Part shown: one piece after another, positions 24,058 through 34,770 of the stretch | Numbering within the stretch: the stretch's first letter is position 1 | How the letters are laid out: every line of letters begins with the position of its first letter | Assembly (NCBI GenBank): GCA_963777955.1 | Contig: CAVZSQ010000023.1 | Location: 14,935-78,934, forward strand | Reading direction: 5' to 3' | From: Calditrichia bacterium | GTDB lineage: Bacteria; Calditrichota; Calditrichia; JAJRVZ01 | Length of the DNA: 64,000 bases | The notes under the pieces: generated by a model | The model's input: the letters and a program-made list of their open reading frames with translations, nothing else | Told to the model about the DNA's origin: nothing | Databases searched by the model: none | Made by a program: the position numbers and the translations under genes

Positions 24058-26541
24058 TGGTATTAAAAATAAGAGGGATAGTAATCATGAAAACGTCAGC
24101 CGTGCAACAAAAATCACGATTTTTCTATTGTATTCTGCTTATACTTATGAGTGGATTATTAATTAATTGTATGAATAAACCTGTAAAATACAGAAAGACC
24201 GAACAGTTCGGCCAGGGCTGGCATTTCTTTTTAGGGGATGTACCTAATGGTCAGGAAGCAGATCTGGACGACTCACCGTGGCGGGTACTGAATCTGCCGC
24301 ACGACTGGAGCATTGAAGGTGAATTCAGTCCTGATCATCCGGCCACACCGGGAGGGGGTGCTTTGCCCGGTGGTATCGGCTGGTACCGCAAAACTTTTTC
24401 CCTGCCCGATGCAGATAAAGAGCGGCTGGTTTTCATCGAATTCGACGGTATATACCGCAACAGCGAAGTATGGATCAATGGCAACTATCTGGGCAAACGT
24501 CCCAGTGGTTATATCTCCTTTCGTTATGAATTGACCCCCTTCCTGAAATACGGGCTGGATAAAAATGTGCTGGCAGTTAAGGTTGATAATTCCCAGCAAC
24601 CCAATTCCCGCTGGTATTCCGGATCGGGAATTTATAGAAATGTACGCCTGGTCACCTGCGCAAAAATTCATGTAGATCAGTGGGGTACTTTTATAACCAC
24701 ACCTGAAGTAAGTGAACAGTCAGCCCGGGTGTCAGTCCGTACCAAAGTATGGAATGCCGCTCCACAGGATCAAGTGATTAAAGTAAGGACCGTGCTGCTG
24801 GACCAGGCCGGTCTTAACGTAGCCACAGCGGAATTTGAGCAGTCGGCCATGACCAACTCTTTCAGTGAAATCTTCCAGAGTTTAAACATCAGCAATCCGG
24901 TATTATGGTCTCTGACAAATCCCTACTTATACAAGGCGCTGACGACCATAGAGTATGGCGGTCAGATCTGTGATGATTATGAAACAACCTTCGGTATCCG
25001 CACCTTTGAATTTGACAGTGCAAAAGGTTTTATACTGAATGGCCAACAGGTCAAGATCAACGGAGTATGCAATCATCATGATCTCGGTTTTCTGGGCGCT
25101 GCTGTAAATACCAGGGCCATTGAACGCCAACTGGAAATTCTGCAGGCCTGCGGCTGCAACGGTATCCGCACCTCGCACAATCCTCCGGCACCCGAACTTC
25201 TCGATCTGTGCGATAGAATGGGTTTCGTGGTGATGGATGAGGCATTTGATATGTGGCTGAAGGGTAAAAATCCGTATGATTATCACCTTGATTTTGCCGC
25301 CTGGCACAAGCGTGATTTGCAGGATCAGGTTCTGCGCGATCGCAATCATCCCAGTGTGTTCATGTGGAGTATCGGCAATGAAATATTAGAACAATTTGAC
25401 CAGAAGGATAGCAGCGGAACGGTGCTTGCACTTGAATTAGCAGGCCTGATCAAAGAACTCGACTCTACCCGTATGATCACTTCCGCCTGCAATGATCAGG
25501 ATCCGCAGAACCCGCTGATAAAATCCGGTGCCCTGGACGTGATTGGCTATAATTACCACCAGGATAAATATGTTGCTTTTCCACAGACCTATCCCGGTCG
25601 CAGGTTTATTGCCGCTGAGACCATGTCGGCGCTGGCCACGCGGGGTTCTTATGACATGCCTTCGGACAGTGTACGGCGCTGGCCCATACGCTGGGATATT
25701 CCTTTTACTACCGGTAATGCCGACTTCACCTGCTCGGCCTATGACAACTGTTGCGCGCCCTGGGGCTCTACTCATGAAGAAACCTGGCGAATTATCAAGA
25801 AACATGACTTTCTATCCGGTATGTTTATCTGGACCGGTTTCGATTATCTGGGTGAACCAACCCCTTATCAGCTGGCCGGCGCGCAGTTCTTACTTCGGCA
25901 TCGTCGATCTGGCCGGATTCCCTAAAGATTCATATTATCTGTACCAGAGCGAATGGACAACTACGGCGGTCCTGCATATTTTCCCCCACTGGAACTGGCA
26001 GCAGGGGCAACTGATTGACATCTGGGCTTATACCAACTGCGAAGAGGTGGAGTTATTCTTAAACGGGCAATCGCAGGGCACCAGGAAAAAAACCGCCGAC
26101 GACCTGCACCTGATGTGGCGTATGGTCTTTGAACCGGGTACACTGAAAGCCATCGGCCGCACAGGCGGAAAACAAATTCTGACCAGCGAAGTAAAGACCG
26201 CCGGAAAACCGGCGAAAATAGTATTAGCGGCAGACCGCAAGGCCATAAATGCTGATGGCCGGGATCTTTCGTTTATTACAGTAAAGATACTGGATAAAGA
26301 AGGTCTAGCGGTGCCTTATGCTGATAATCTGGTCCGGTTCAGTATTTCCGGTACCGGAAAGATTGCCGGTGTCGATAACGGTCTGCAAACCAGTACGGAA
26401 TCCTTCCAGGCCGATCAGCGGAAGGCATTTCATGGTTTGTGTCTGGTCGTGGTTCAGTCGGACGAGCAGCCGGGTCAGATTACACTGCAGGCAGAATCGG
26501 ACAACCTGGAATCAGCGTCAATAATTATCGAATCAAAATAG
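24057..26541 (+). CDS. GH2 beta-galactosidase-like enzyme (frameshift near 25870)
   Basis: LPHDWSI, SRWYSGSGIYR, GVCNHHD, IRTSHNP, WSIGNE, WTGFDYLGEP; C-terminal domains in ORF 25543-26541. Confidence 0.9.
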
Positions 26542-26604
26542 ATCTCTGTACTAAGAGATCGGAAGACTGCAAAGAATAAATATGTCAGAAGGAAGGATAA
26601 GAAT

Positions 26605-27965
26605 ATGAGCAAAGCAACTCGTTTTATATTTTGCACTTTTGTTTTTATTTGTTAATCAATCCAGCCGTGCAGTCGAGATCTGCAATGACGCTTCACCAAA
26701 CTGGACGGAAGTCATGGGCGGCGAATATCGTGTCTCAAATAATGTCTGGGGCGGAGGCGGCGGCGAGCAGTGTCTGGAGATTGACCTGGAATCCAGTTAT
26801 TTTAAATTAGTAATGTCCACGCATAACAGTACCAGTGTTGTCTCCTACCCTTTCATTTATAAAGGCTACCACTGGGGAAATCCAACTGATGAACCATGGA
26901 ATACTTTTCCGATCCGCGTCGGTGAACTTGAGTCGGCGCCTTTCAGCTGGAGTGTGGATACGACAGGTGTCCAGGGGCTCTGGAATGCCGCCTTCGAAGC
27001 CTGGTTCAGTTTGCCCGGAACGTTTGATCCCGGTGGCGGTGCCGAACTGATGATCTGGATTAACTATGGCGGCGGCGCTGGACCCGGCGGTTCAGCGGTG
27101 GACACCGCAACCATCGGCGGCTATTTCTGGGAAGTCTATTATGCAGACTGGAGCTGGAATTACATCGCTTACAAACTGGTTCCGGCAGCCAATGAAGTAA
27201 GTGTGGATCTCAAAGCTTTTGTCCACGATGCCCTGACCCGCGGTTATCTATTAACCACCTGGGAGCTGGATAACATGGAAGCGGGTTTCGAGATCTGGAG
27301 CGACGGTGAGGGGCTGACCTGCAACGAGTTCAGCGCGGAAGCAACCGGCGGAGCAGTGGAACCGGAATATCCTCCGATAATTTTCAACCTGAGTTCCCCT
27401 TCGAATAACAGAAATCTGACCAACTGGACAATTGACTTCCGCTGGCAGGCTTCGCTCGATCCCAATGCGAATCCGATTGAATATATCCTGCACATTTTCG
27501 GTAACGGCATGGACACAACAGTTGCCCAGATAGATACACAACACTATTTCCTATGATGCAACCAACAATTTACAACCCAATACTTATTACACCTGGTATG
27601 TCGAAGCGACCGATGGCAGCGATACAACCGCGAGTTCGACTCAACGGACTTTCAAAACCCCCACTTCAAGCCGGTTAGGTTTAATCGATCAATCCCCTGA
27701 CAACTTCGCCCTGGCCCAGAATTATCCGAATCCGTTCAATCCCAGCACAACCATATCCTACACCCTGAGCCAGGCAAGTAATGTTACACTAAAGGTTTAC
27801 GATACGATTGGACGCGAGATCGCGACCCTGGCTGACAATATGAAAAAAGGAGCGGGAAATTATGAGATATCATTTGATGCATCAAATTTACCCAGCGGCG
27901 TGTATCTGTACAGACTGCAGGCGGACAATTTGATTGCGACCAGGAAAATGATGTTAATCAAATGA
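26605..27965 (+). CDS. GH12 endoglucanase/xyloglucanase with Por-type C-terminal domain (frameshifts near 26635 and 27545)
   Basis: NNVWG, SYP, WNAAFEAW, AELMIW, EAGFEIW; the 3' frame reads LAQNYPNPFNPST...SGVYLY..RKMMLIK stop at 27965. Confidence 0.82.
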
Positions 27966-29965
27966 GCTGGAGTACAAAAATTCTGAGGGGGCATAATTTG
28001 AAGATTCGTAACCTGTGCGGGATTTGTTTCACCTGCCTGATCATGATTTCTCGTGTATTGGGACAGAGCGGGGTAGATGGTTTTTTAGAAGACTTTGAAC
28101 CTAAATATGCACCGGTATTTCCTTTTCAGGAAGAGATTAAAACTTCCAATACTGCTACCGTAACGGTTACCATCGATGCCGGCGATACTTTAGGACCTGT
28201 TTCCAAATACAATTACGGTAACAATGCGAATTTATGGATGAGCCAGATGGTGGATCAGAATGCCCTGCTAGATAATATTACGCTGCTGGCACCCAATATT
28301 ATCCGTTTTCCGGGGGGTAATATCACTAATGTCTTCTTCTGGGATGCCACATCTAATCAACCACCCGGCGATGTTCCGGACTCTCTTTTTGACGGAGACG
28401 GCAACAAGGTTGCAGCCTCGTGGTGGTATGGTAAGAATTCAGCGAGCTGGACCCTCTCTGTGGATAATTATTATACGATGCTCGATCTGACCTACAGTAC
28501 CGGTATAATTTGCGTAAACTTCAGTTATTCCCGTTATGGAACCGGTCCGGATCCGGTGGCTGTTGCCGCCCATTATGCAGCGGAGTGGGTTCGTTATGAT
28601 GATGGCCGTACAAGATTCTGGGAAATTGGCAATGAAGATTCCGGACCCTGGCAGGCGGGTTATCAGATCGATACTGCGCTGAATCAGGACGGACAACCCG
28701 AGATTATAACCGGAGATATTTACGGCAAGCATTTCCTGGTATTTGCCGATTCCATGCGTAAAGCGGCACAGGACCTTGGCAATCCGATATATATAGGTGC
28801 ACAATTGATTGCCTATAACGCAGCAAGTTCCTGGATACCGGCTGAAAGAACCTGGAACAGCGGTTTCTTCGCCCGGGCCGGTAATGCCGCTGATTTCTTT
28901 ATCATCCATAGTTATTATACACCTTATAATCAAAATTCCAACGCCGCCACCGTGCTGAATTCCGCAACTACCGAAACGATCAACATGATGAACTATGTAA
29001 AACAATCCGCAACTCAGAACCAGGTTTCAATGAAACCGCTGGCGCTGACCGAGTGGAACATTTTTGCTGTGGGATCAAAACAGTCTTGTTCCTACATCAA
29101 CGGTATGCATGCGGCTATTTTGCTCGGGGAACTGGCTAAAAACGGTTACAGCATGTCCAGCCGCTGGGACCTGGCCAACGGATATGACAACGGCAATGAT
29201 CATGGAATGTTCAACAATGGCGATGAAGCGGGTGTGCCCAAATGGAATCCGCGTCCGGCCTACTTTTACATGTACTATTTTCAGCAACTTTTTGGCGATC
29301 ACATAGTAAATTCCTCAGTGAGCGGAAGTACCAGCGTACTGGCCTATGCTTCGCGGTTTAATTCCGGAGAAGCTGGAATTGTCACAATCAATAAAGGTAC
29401 CACCGAGCAGTGTATAAAACTGGTACCCGATAATTTTGGTTACGGTGCAGGATATTATATTTATTCCCTGACAGGCGGTACGGACAATGGCGAATTTTCA
29501 CAGGTTGTATATGTAAATGATGTGGGGCCGACCAATTCCAGCGGAGGACCCATTGCCGGTCTGGTGGATATTCCAGGTCAAAAATATTCAACCGAGGGCG
29601 AGATCAGGTTCATTTCACCGCCGCGATCGGTGCAATATATATTGATCGAACCCGGCCAGAATACAGCCGTGGGAGATAATACAACTGTGACCGGGATCGA
29701 GGGGTATATTCTCGGTCAAAACTATCCCAATCCGTTCAATCAGCGCACGGCGATTTCATATTCACTTCCCGAAGCGGCCACTGTGACCCTGCAGGTATAC
29801 GATATGCAGGGCCGGGTAATAGCGACACTGGTACAAAATGAGAGAAAAGCAGCGGGTAATTATAAGGTCTTTTTCGATGCGGCCAGACTGGCCAGCGGAG
29901 TTTATATATACAAACTTCGTACCGTGAATTTTGAAGCTACCAGAAAAATGTTATTCCTGAAGTAG
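27962..29965 (+). CDS. Clan GH-A-like glycoside hydrolase (GH51/GH44-like) with Por-type C-terminal domain
   Basis: IRFPGG, WEIGNE (acid/base), ALTEWN (nucleophile); QNYPNPFN...SGVYIY..RKMLFLK. Confidence 0.7.
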   Translation: MSWSTKILRGHNLKIRNLCGICFTCLIMISRVLGQSGVDGFLEDFEPKYAPVFPFQEEIKTSNTATVTVTIDAGDTLGPVSKYNYGNNANLWMSQMVDQNALLDNITLLAPNIIRFPGGNITNVFFWDATSNQPPGDVPDSLFDGDGNKVAASWWYGKNSASWTLSVDNYYTMLDLTYSTGIICVNFSYSRYGTGPDPVAVAAHYAAEWVRYDDGRTRFWEIGNEDSGPWQAGYQIDTALNQDGQPEIITGDIYGKHFLVFADSMRKAAQDLGNPIYIGAQLIAYNAASSWIPAERTWNSGFFARAGNAADFFIIHSYYTPYNQNSNAATVLNSATTETINMMNYVKQSATQNQVSMKPLALTEWNIFAVGSKQSCSYINGMHAAILLGELAKNGYSMSSRWDLANGYDNGNDHGMFNNGDEAGVPKWNPRPAYFYMYYFQQLFGDHIVNSSVSGSTSVLAYASRFNSGEAGIVTINKGTTEQCIKLVPDNFGYGAGYYIYSLTGGTDNGEFSQVVYVNDVGPTNSSGGPIAGLVDIPGQKYSTEGEIRFISPPRSVQYILIEPGQNTAVGDNTTVTGIEGYILGQNYPNPFNQRTAISYSLPEAATVTLQVYDMQGRVIATLVQNERKAAGNYKVFFDAARLASGVYIYKLRTVNFEATRKMLFLK

Positions 29966-31162
29966 TTACTTTTTATTTTTTTCTAAAATAAAAGCTGCAT
30001 CGAGCTCAAACAGCAATTCGTCGCGGCAAACATCGGCCACCACGTTTACCGAGGGGGCGTTGGCAATTCCCAGTTCGGCAGCAATCTGCTGATAAACCGG
30101 GAAGTCTTGTAAACGTTTGAGAAATACTGTCGCCTCGCACAGATCAGCCAGGGTTGCACCCTCGGAGGAAATCAGAGTGGACACCACATTCAGGGTTTGC
30201 CGGACCTGGGCTGCCGGATCACCGATAAATACGCTTTTACCCTGATCATCGATAGAGGCTGTGCCGGAAACCAGGATCAGTTTATTATCGGCTTCCTCGA
30301 TTACCACCGCACGGGAGAAGGCCGAGCCATAGCGGAAAGGTGAACGTTGTTTGGTCCCGTGAACTGATCGGATTTTGATGGTACTTTTCGGCGAGCGATG
30401 AATGGCAAAGACATCCATGGTAGCGGGTTGTCCGGACGGATTTCTACCTTCGATGCCGGTACTGGCCGGAAGATAAATCTGTTCCGGCTGTGCGGCGGAA
30501 TTTGAATTTCCCAGGAAACCATATTCCGAATAACACTCGTTTCTGACCAGATTAAAATCAGTGTACCAGTCCAGAATTTCCGAAATATAAATCCAGGTGC
30601 GTACCACATCTTTATAGGTAGCCCCTGCAGTGCGCAGAATTCTTTCGGCCTGTTGGAACATGGCGGCCGAGCGTGTTTTGCGGCTGGCTTTATCAGTCTT
30701 AGCGGTACTGCCACCGTCAATACTGTGCAGCATAAAAAACGTGGAACCGTCGAGACTCCAGGCCCGGCCTTTGGGAATTCCCTGATCCATAATTGTCCAG
30801 ACCTTGCTGTCATTGACCGGTTTGAGCGCCCGGATCTGCACACCGGCAAATTTATTGGCCAGGCAGGATTCCCCTTCTACGAAGGTAACCGGTGTATTGG
30901 CTTCAATTTTATATTTGCCCAGGGCACGATTCCGCCCTTTGAGTATCTGGGGCTGTAAACTAATGTCGCCGAAACACCGTTCATGAACCAGTTGACTGGA
31001 CGAGGCGGATAAAACTTCGGCAATCCGGCTATAGATTTGCTCTGCCGATTTTTCCGGATCTGCCTCCCGGTCGGTTATCGAGACACTGATAAATAGATGG
31101 TTAGGTAAAGACGTTATAAAAATTTTATGAGTGGGATACGATTCTATTGTTCGCTCGATCAT
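29966..31162 (-). CDS. Long Rid/YjgF-superfamily protein (FkbO/Hyg5-like, tandem domains)
   Basis: VVRTWIY, PASTGI, FSRA, VSGTASID, ADVCRDELLFELDA. Confidence 0.75.
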   Translation of the reverse strand: MIERTIESYPTHKIFITSLPNHLFISVSITDREADPEKSAEQIYSRIAEVLSASSSQLVHERCFGDISLQPQILKGRNRALGKYKIEANTPVTFVEGESCLANKFAGVQIRALKPVNDSKVWTIMDQGIPKGRAWSLDGSTFFMLHSIDGGSTAKTDKASRKTRSAAMFQQAERILRTAGATYKDVVRTWIYISEILDWYTDFNLVRNECYSEYGFLGNSNSAAQPEQIYLPASTGIEGRNPSGQPATMDVFAIHRSPKSTIKIRSVHGTKQRSPFRYGSAFSRAVVIEEADNKLILVSGTASIDDQGKSVFIGDPAAQVRQTLNVVSTLISSEGATLADLCEATVFLKRLQDFPVYQQIAAELGIANAPSVNVVADVCRDELLFELDAAFILEKNKK

Positions 31163-31184
31163 CTATCTTCCTTCGTTTAGAAAT

Positions 31185-32788
31185 TCAATTTGTTTTAGTC
31201 AATGCTGATTTGGTTTCCGGGGCAGTGACGTTTGGTTTAGCACTGCTGACAGCCGGGACGGCATTGGGATCCAGGTTTGCAGTCAGTGATTTTGGTCCGG
31301 CAAAAGCAGACTCTGGCCAACTCCTGCGGGATTTCATGAATGGGTTCCGTGGTGAATTCAGGAACATTATATAATAGTAATGAGGGTTCCTCAGCCAGGG
31401 GATTTTCCTGCGGCAGTACGAACGGTTTGGAAGCAATTCCCGACGAATCGAAATAACTGAAGTAAGGCCTGGTGAATAATCCATCCTGCCGCTTGCTGGA
31501 AAATACGAACCAGCGGCCATTGCTCGACCAGGAGTGGAACGAATCGGCCTGTTCGCTGTTTACTTCCGATTTTTTCCATTTCCCGGTATGCAGATCCAGC
31601 AGATACAGATCCGCACTGGAAAGATAAATAGGAAATTGACTGTAAGTGGTGGCTGTGAAAAGTACAAAACGGCCATCGGGAGAAACCCTTGGTTCGCTAA
31701 CACTTAATCCCAGGTCAGTAGACGAGACAACCAGTCTCAACATTCCCCCAGGTCCGCTGAGCGGGATCATAGGCAATCCGCATTAAATCATATTTGATCT
31801 GATCATAGGCGAAGTCATTGCTGTTGGCAGGATTTACATATGTTTCCAACCTGGGAGCACTGCAAAAATACAGGAACCTGCCGTCAGGCGACCAGGCCGG
31901 CCAGATCTCCAGACGTTCCGGGCTGGCAATTTGCGGAGTGGTGGTAACCGTATTTGAGGCTATATCATACAGAATGAGATCAGAACTCCGGTCAAGTACA
32001 TCGCGACACTCCCCCCCGCTGCTATGGAAAAACTGCAACAGATTACTGCATGAAAATGCGATAATTTTTCCCGAAGGATGCCAGGCGGGATAGGCAGCCG
32101 GCGGATTAATTTTTGTCTTTGTTTTGACATTGCGAATTTCGCCGTTTATAATCAACAACATGGCCGTACCGGGGTCACTCCGTAAATGTAGCAACCACTG
32201 GTCGGTTCCGTTCTGCCAAAAATTATGACAATTCATACAGTTATTCAGCGTTTGACTGTTAAGTAAAACCGGTTTTTCGTCGAAGTTCTCCAGGTTCCGC
32301 TGAAAAATGCCCATCTTTTTCCACAGGTTGAAGAGAGGGCCGAATTTCCGGTATACTAAATAACCATCCATGGATTCCTGAGCGATCCGGTTTACCATAG
32401 AGTTGAATTGGGTCCACTTTCCGTTTCCGTCCTGCACATAAATATCAATCTTCAAATCCTGCCCCGGATTACCGGTTAACAGTTGTCGCCAACTTTTCCG
32501 GGGAATCTGCATGCAACCGGATTTACTCTGCACCTGGATGGCACTTCCATTTTTCGAGTGAATCCTGATAAAATAAGCGGTACCGGTTTCCTTGATTACA
32601 AAATTCAGCGGTGCAATATTAGCCGGAATTATGATACTATTATAATCAGGTTGAATAACGGCAGCGCGACCGGCAGACTGGATATCCGTTCTCCCTTCCG
32701 GCGTTGTTGAACATCCGGCGTAAAGCAGCAGAATTACAATATATAATATCCCGTAAACCACGGGTCTGATCCTGTTATTGAAATTCAT
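31185..32788 (-). CDS. TolB-like (PD40 repeat) lipoprotein with CxxCH motif (frameshifts near 31740 and 31300)
   Basis: LLYAGC lipobox, PANIAPLNF, CMNCH, YPAWHPSG, PAWSPDG, PRVSPDG, HSWSSNGRW. Confidence 0.8.
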
Positions 32789-34647
32789 TCTCGCTCTCCA
32801 TCTGCTGCGCGGGAGGTTTGACGAACATCAGATAATACCAGTAAGTATCGCCGAATTGCGCCTAGTAAATACGGTCTGGCAATTGCTTTCTCGTTCTTGT
32901 ACCTGGCCAGGATCTGGCGATATTGTGTAAAACGAACAATAGCAGCCGGCTCAATCCATTTTTTCAGCTGCTCCTGATCTAATTTTGGATTGGAGGACGC
33001 TGCCACAATCAAACCTTCCTGGATATGGCCGGGAAGTTTCGTATAGGCAAACCTGTTGAAATCCGGAATATGATTTAAAATTTCCTGTACGTTACCTTCA
33101 AGTAAATAGTAGGCTAATAAGTATTCAAAAGCCATTTTATTACCCGGATTTCTCCTCAATAGTAATTCCAGGTCGGCCAATGACGGCCTGCCCAGGGAAA
33201 CTATATTCTCGACCGGCATACATGAACGAATATATTTGTACACCTCGGTCCGAACGAGTTCGGCATTGTTGTTGTTGAGCCGCAGCATCTCTTCGGCGGC
33301 TTTTTTATGGAAAGGAACATTCTCCAGGTTCCTGAAAAAATGATTTGCTGCTTCATGATCTCCTTTGACCATATAGACCATGCCCAGGCGGTTTAAAATA
33401 TCAGCCGAAGCCCCTTTATACTCCAGGGCTTCATGAGCCCAATGCAGGGATCCGTTGACCAATCCTAATTTCCAGCAAAGATTACTCACCTCTTCGGGCC
33501 AGGCCAGACACCAGGTGCGGTTCATCAGCAGGCCGGCGGGTCCTTCGTTTTGAGGATAGGCAAACATCTTATCAAGCAGTGCACCGGTTTGGAAAAGGGC
33601 CAGGTTGGTCTGTACCGAGAGCAGCGGATTAGTATGAGCCGAACCCTTAACCGCTGCAAGCACTCGATTCCAATTTCCTTCTTTTACGGACAGATTGACC
33701 TGCAGCACCCGCCGCACCAGATCATCATACGATTGCTGGGCCAGTAAACCGGTTCCGGCCAGAAGCAAAACAGTACCCGCTGCCCACTTCCAGATTAAAG
33801 CAAATTTCAACCATCGGCTGATTTTTTCCCAGACTTTACGAATTCCACCTGACTTCAGCATCAAGAAAAATATCAGAGCCAGCAGATAAAACGCATAGAG
33901 ACCGTATCCGGCAAAATTAGATGGGAGTGGTGATTCCATGCTAAGATTATGCAGATATGATTGCTGCCGGGGAACCAGGAATAGTGTGGCCGCTGCCAGT
34001 GCAGGCAGTACAGCCCCGATCAGCAGAAGTGCAAAACCGCAGATATATCCTTCGCGGATATATCTTCCTCCGAAAAGCAGATCGTTTAATCCAGCCAGGA
34101 TGACAAAAATCAGGAAAGCACCGCCGCTAAGCCAGTACAACAATACGGCCACAGCCAGGACTACAATCGTTCGCAGTAATTGCCGTTTGGATTTCCAGCG
34201 CATAAACAGGATCACCACGGCCAGATTTACGATCAATGCCAGTGTAATACCCAGGCGAAAACTATACTGAACGTGAAGAACAAGCAAAAGAGCGGCTGGA
34301 ATCAGGTGAAAGGTGTGAACCGGTCGTTTTTCAGACAGGATTTCCAGCCATTTTCTGGTTAGAAAAGCGACCAACCACAGGCAAATGGATAATAATAAAG
34401 AACTCCAGAGATCCGTTGTCCAGAATTGCATAAAAAGTAGTGAAAACCAATCTATGAATCCGCCGGGAATTTTTAGAAATTCCCGCCAGAAATCGGCAGT
34501 CATAAAAAAGACAGGGGTCTGTACTTCAATGCTGAGCACAGGATGGACCTGGTAAAAAAGATAGAAAAAACAGGCCAGGAAAAATATACTTTCCTGTAGC
34601 CAGGCGCTCATTTTGGTAAATAGGGACATCTCATCGGAACGGGTCAT
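32785..34647 (-). CDS. DUF6057-like multi-pass membrane protein with soluble C-terminal domain
   Basis: F...PGG...FMQF N-terminus, about 9 hydrophobic segments, NLAL..G.L.DKMFAYPQ, NKMAFEYLLAYYLL; 4-nt overlap with the TolB-like gene. Confidence 0.7.
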   Translation of the reverse strand: MTRSDEMSLFTKMSAWLQESIFFLACFFYLFYQVHPVLSIEVQTPVFFMTADFWREFLKIPGGFIDWFSLLFMQFWTTDLWSSLLLSICLWLVAFLTRKWLEILSEKRPVHTFHLIPAALLLVLHVQYSFRLGITLALIVNLAVVILFMRWKSKRQLLRTIVVLAVAVLLYWLSGGAFLIFVILAGLNDLLFGGRYIREGYICGFALLLIGAVLPALAAATLFLVPRQQSYLHNLSMESPLPSNFAGYGLYAFYLLALIFFLMLKSGGIRKVWEKISRWLKFALIWKWAAGTVLLLAGTGLLAQQSYDDLVRRVLQVNLSVKEGNWNRVLAAVKGSAHTNPLLSVQTNLALFQTGALLDKMFAYPQNEGPAGLLMNRTWCLAWPEEVSNLCWKLGLVNGSLHWAHEALEYKGASADILNRLGMVYMVKGDHEAANHFFRNLENVPFHKKAAEEMLRLNNNNAELVRTEVYKYIRSCMPVENIVSLGRPSLADLELLLRRNPGNKMAFEYLLAYYLLEGNVQEILNHIPDFNRFAYTKLPGHIQEGLIVAASSNPKLDQEQLKKWIEPAAIVRFTQYRQILARYKNEKAIARPYLLGAIRRYLLVLSDVRQTSRAADGERE

Positions 34648-34720
34648 TAAACTACCATAAATCTATACAACTATAATTTATAAGATACAATTTTATTCCA
34701 AATTCTCAAAGTTAAAATTT

Positions 34721-34770
34721 TGATTTTACCCACCTCCGAGGTGCTCAGCACCTCGGAGGTTGTAAAATCA
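34721..34770. repeat. REP-like hairpin, probably also terminator of the GH31 gene
   Basis: ACCTCCGAGGTGC-TCA-GCACCTCGGAGGT extended by TGATTTTAC/GTAAAATCA, overlapping the GH31 stop. Confidence 0.7.
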
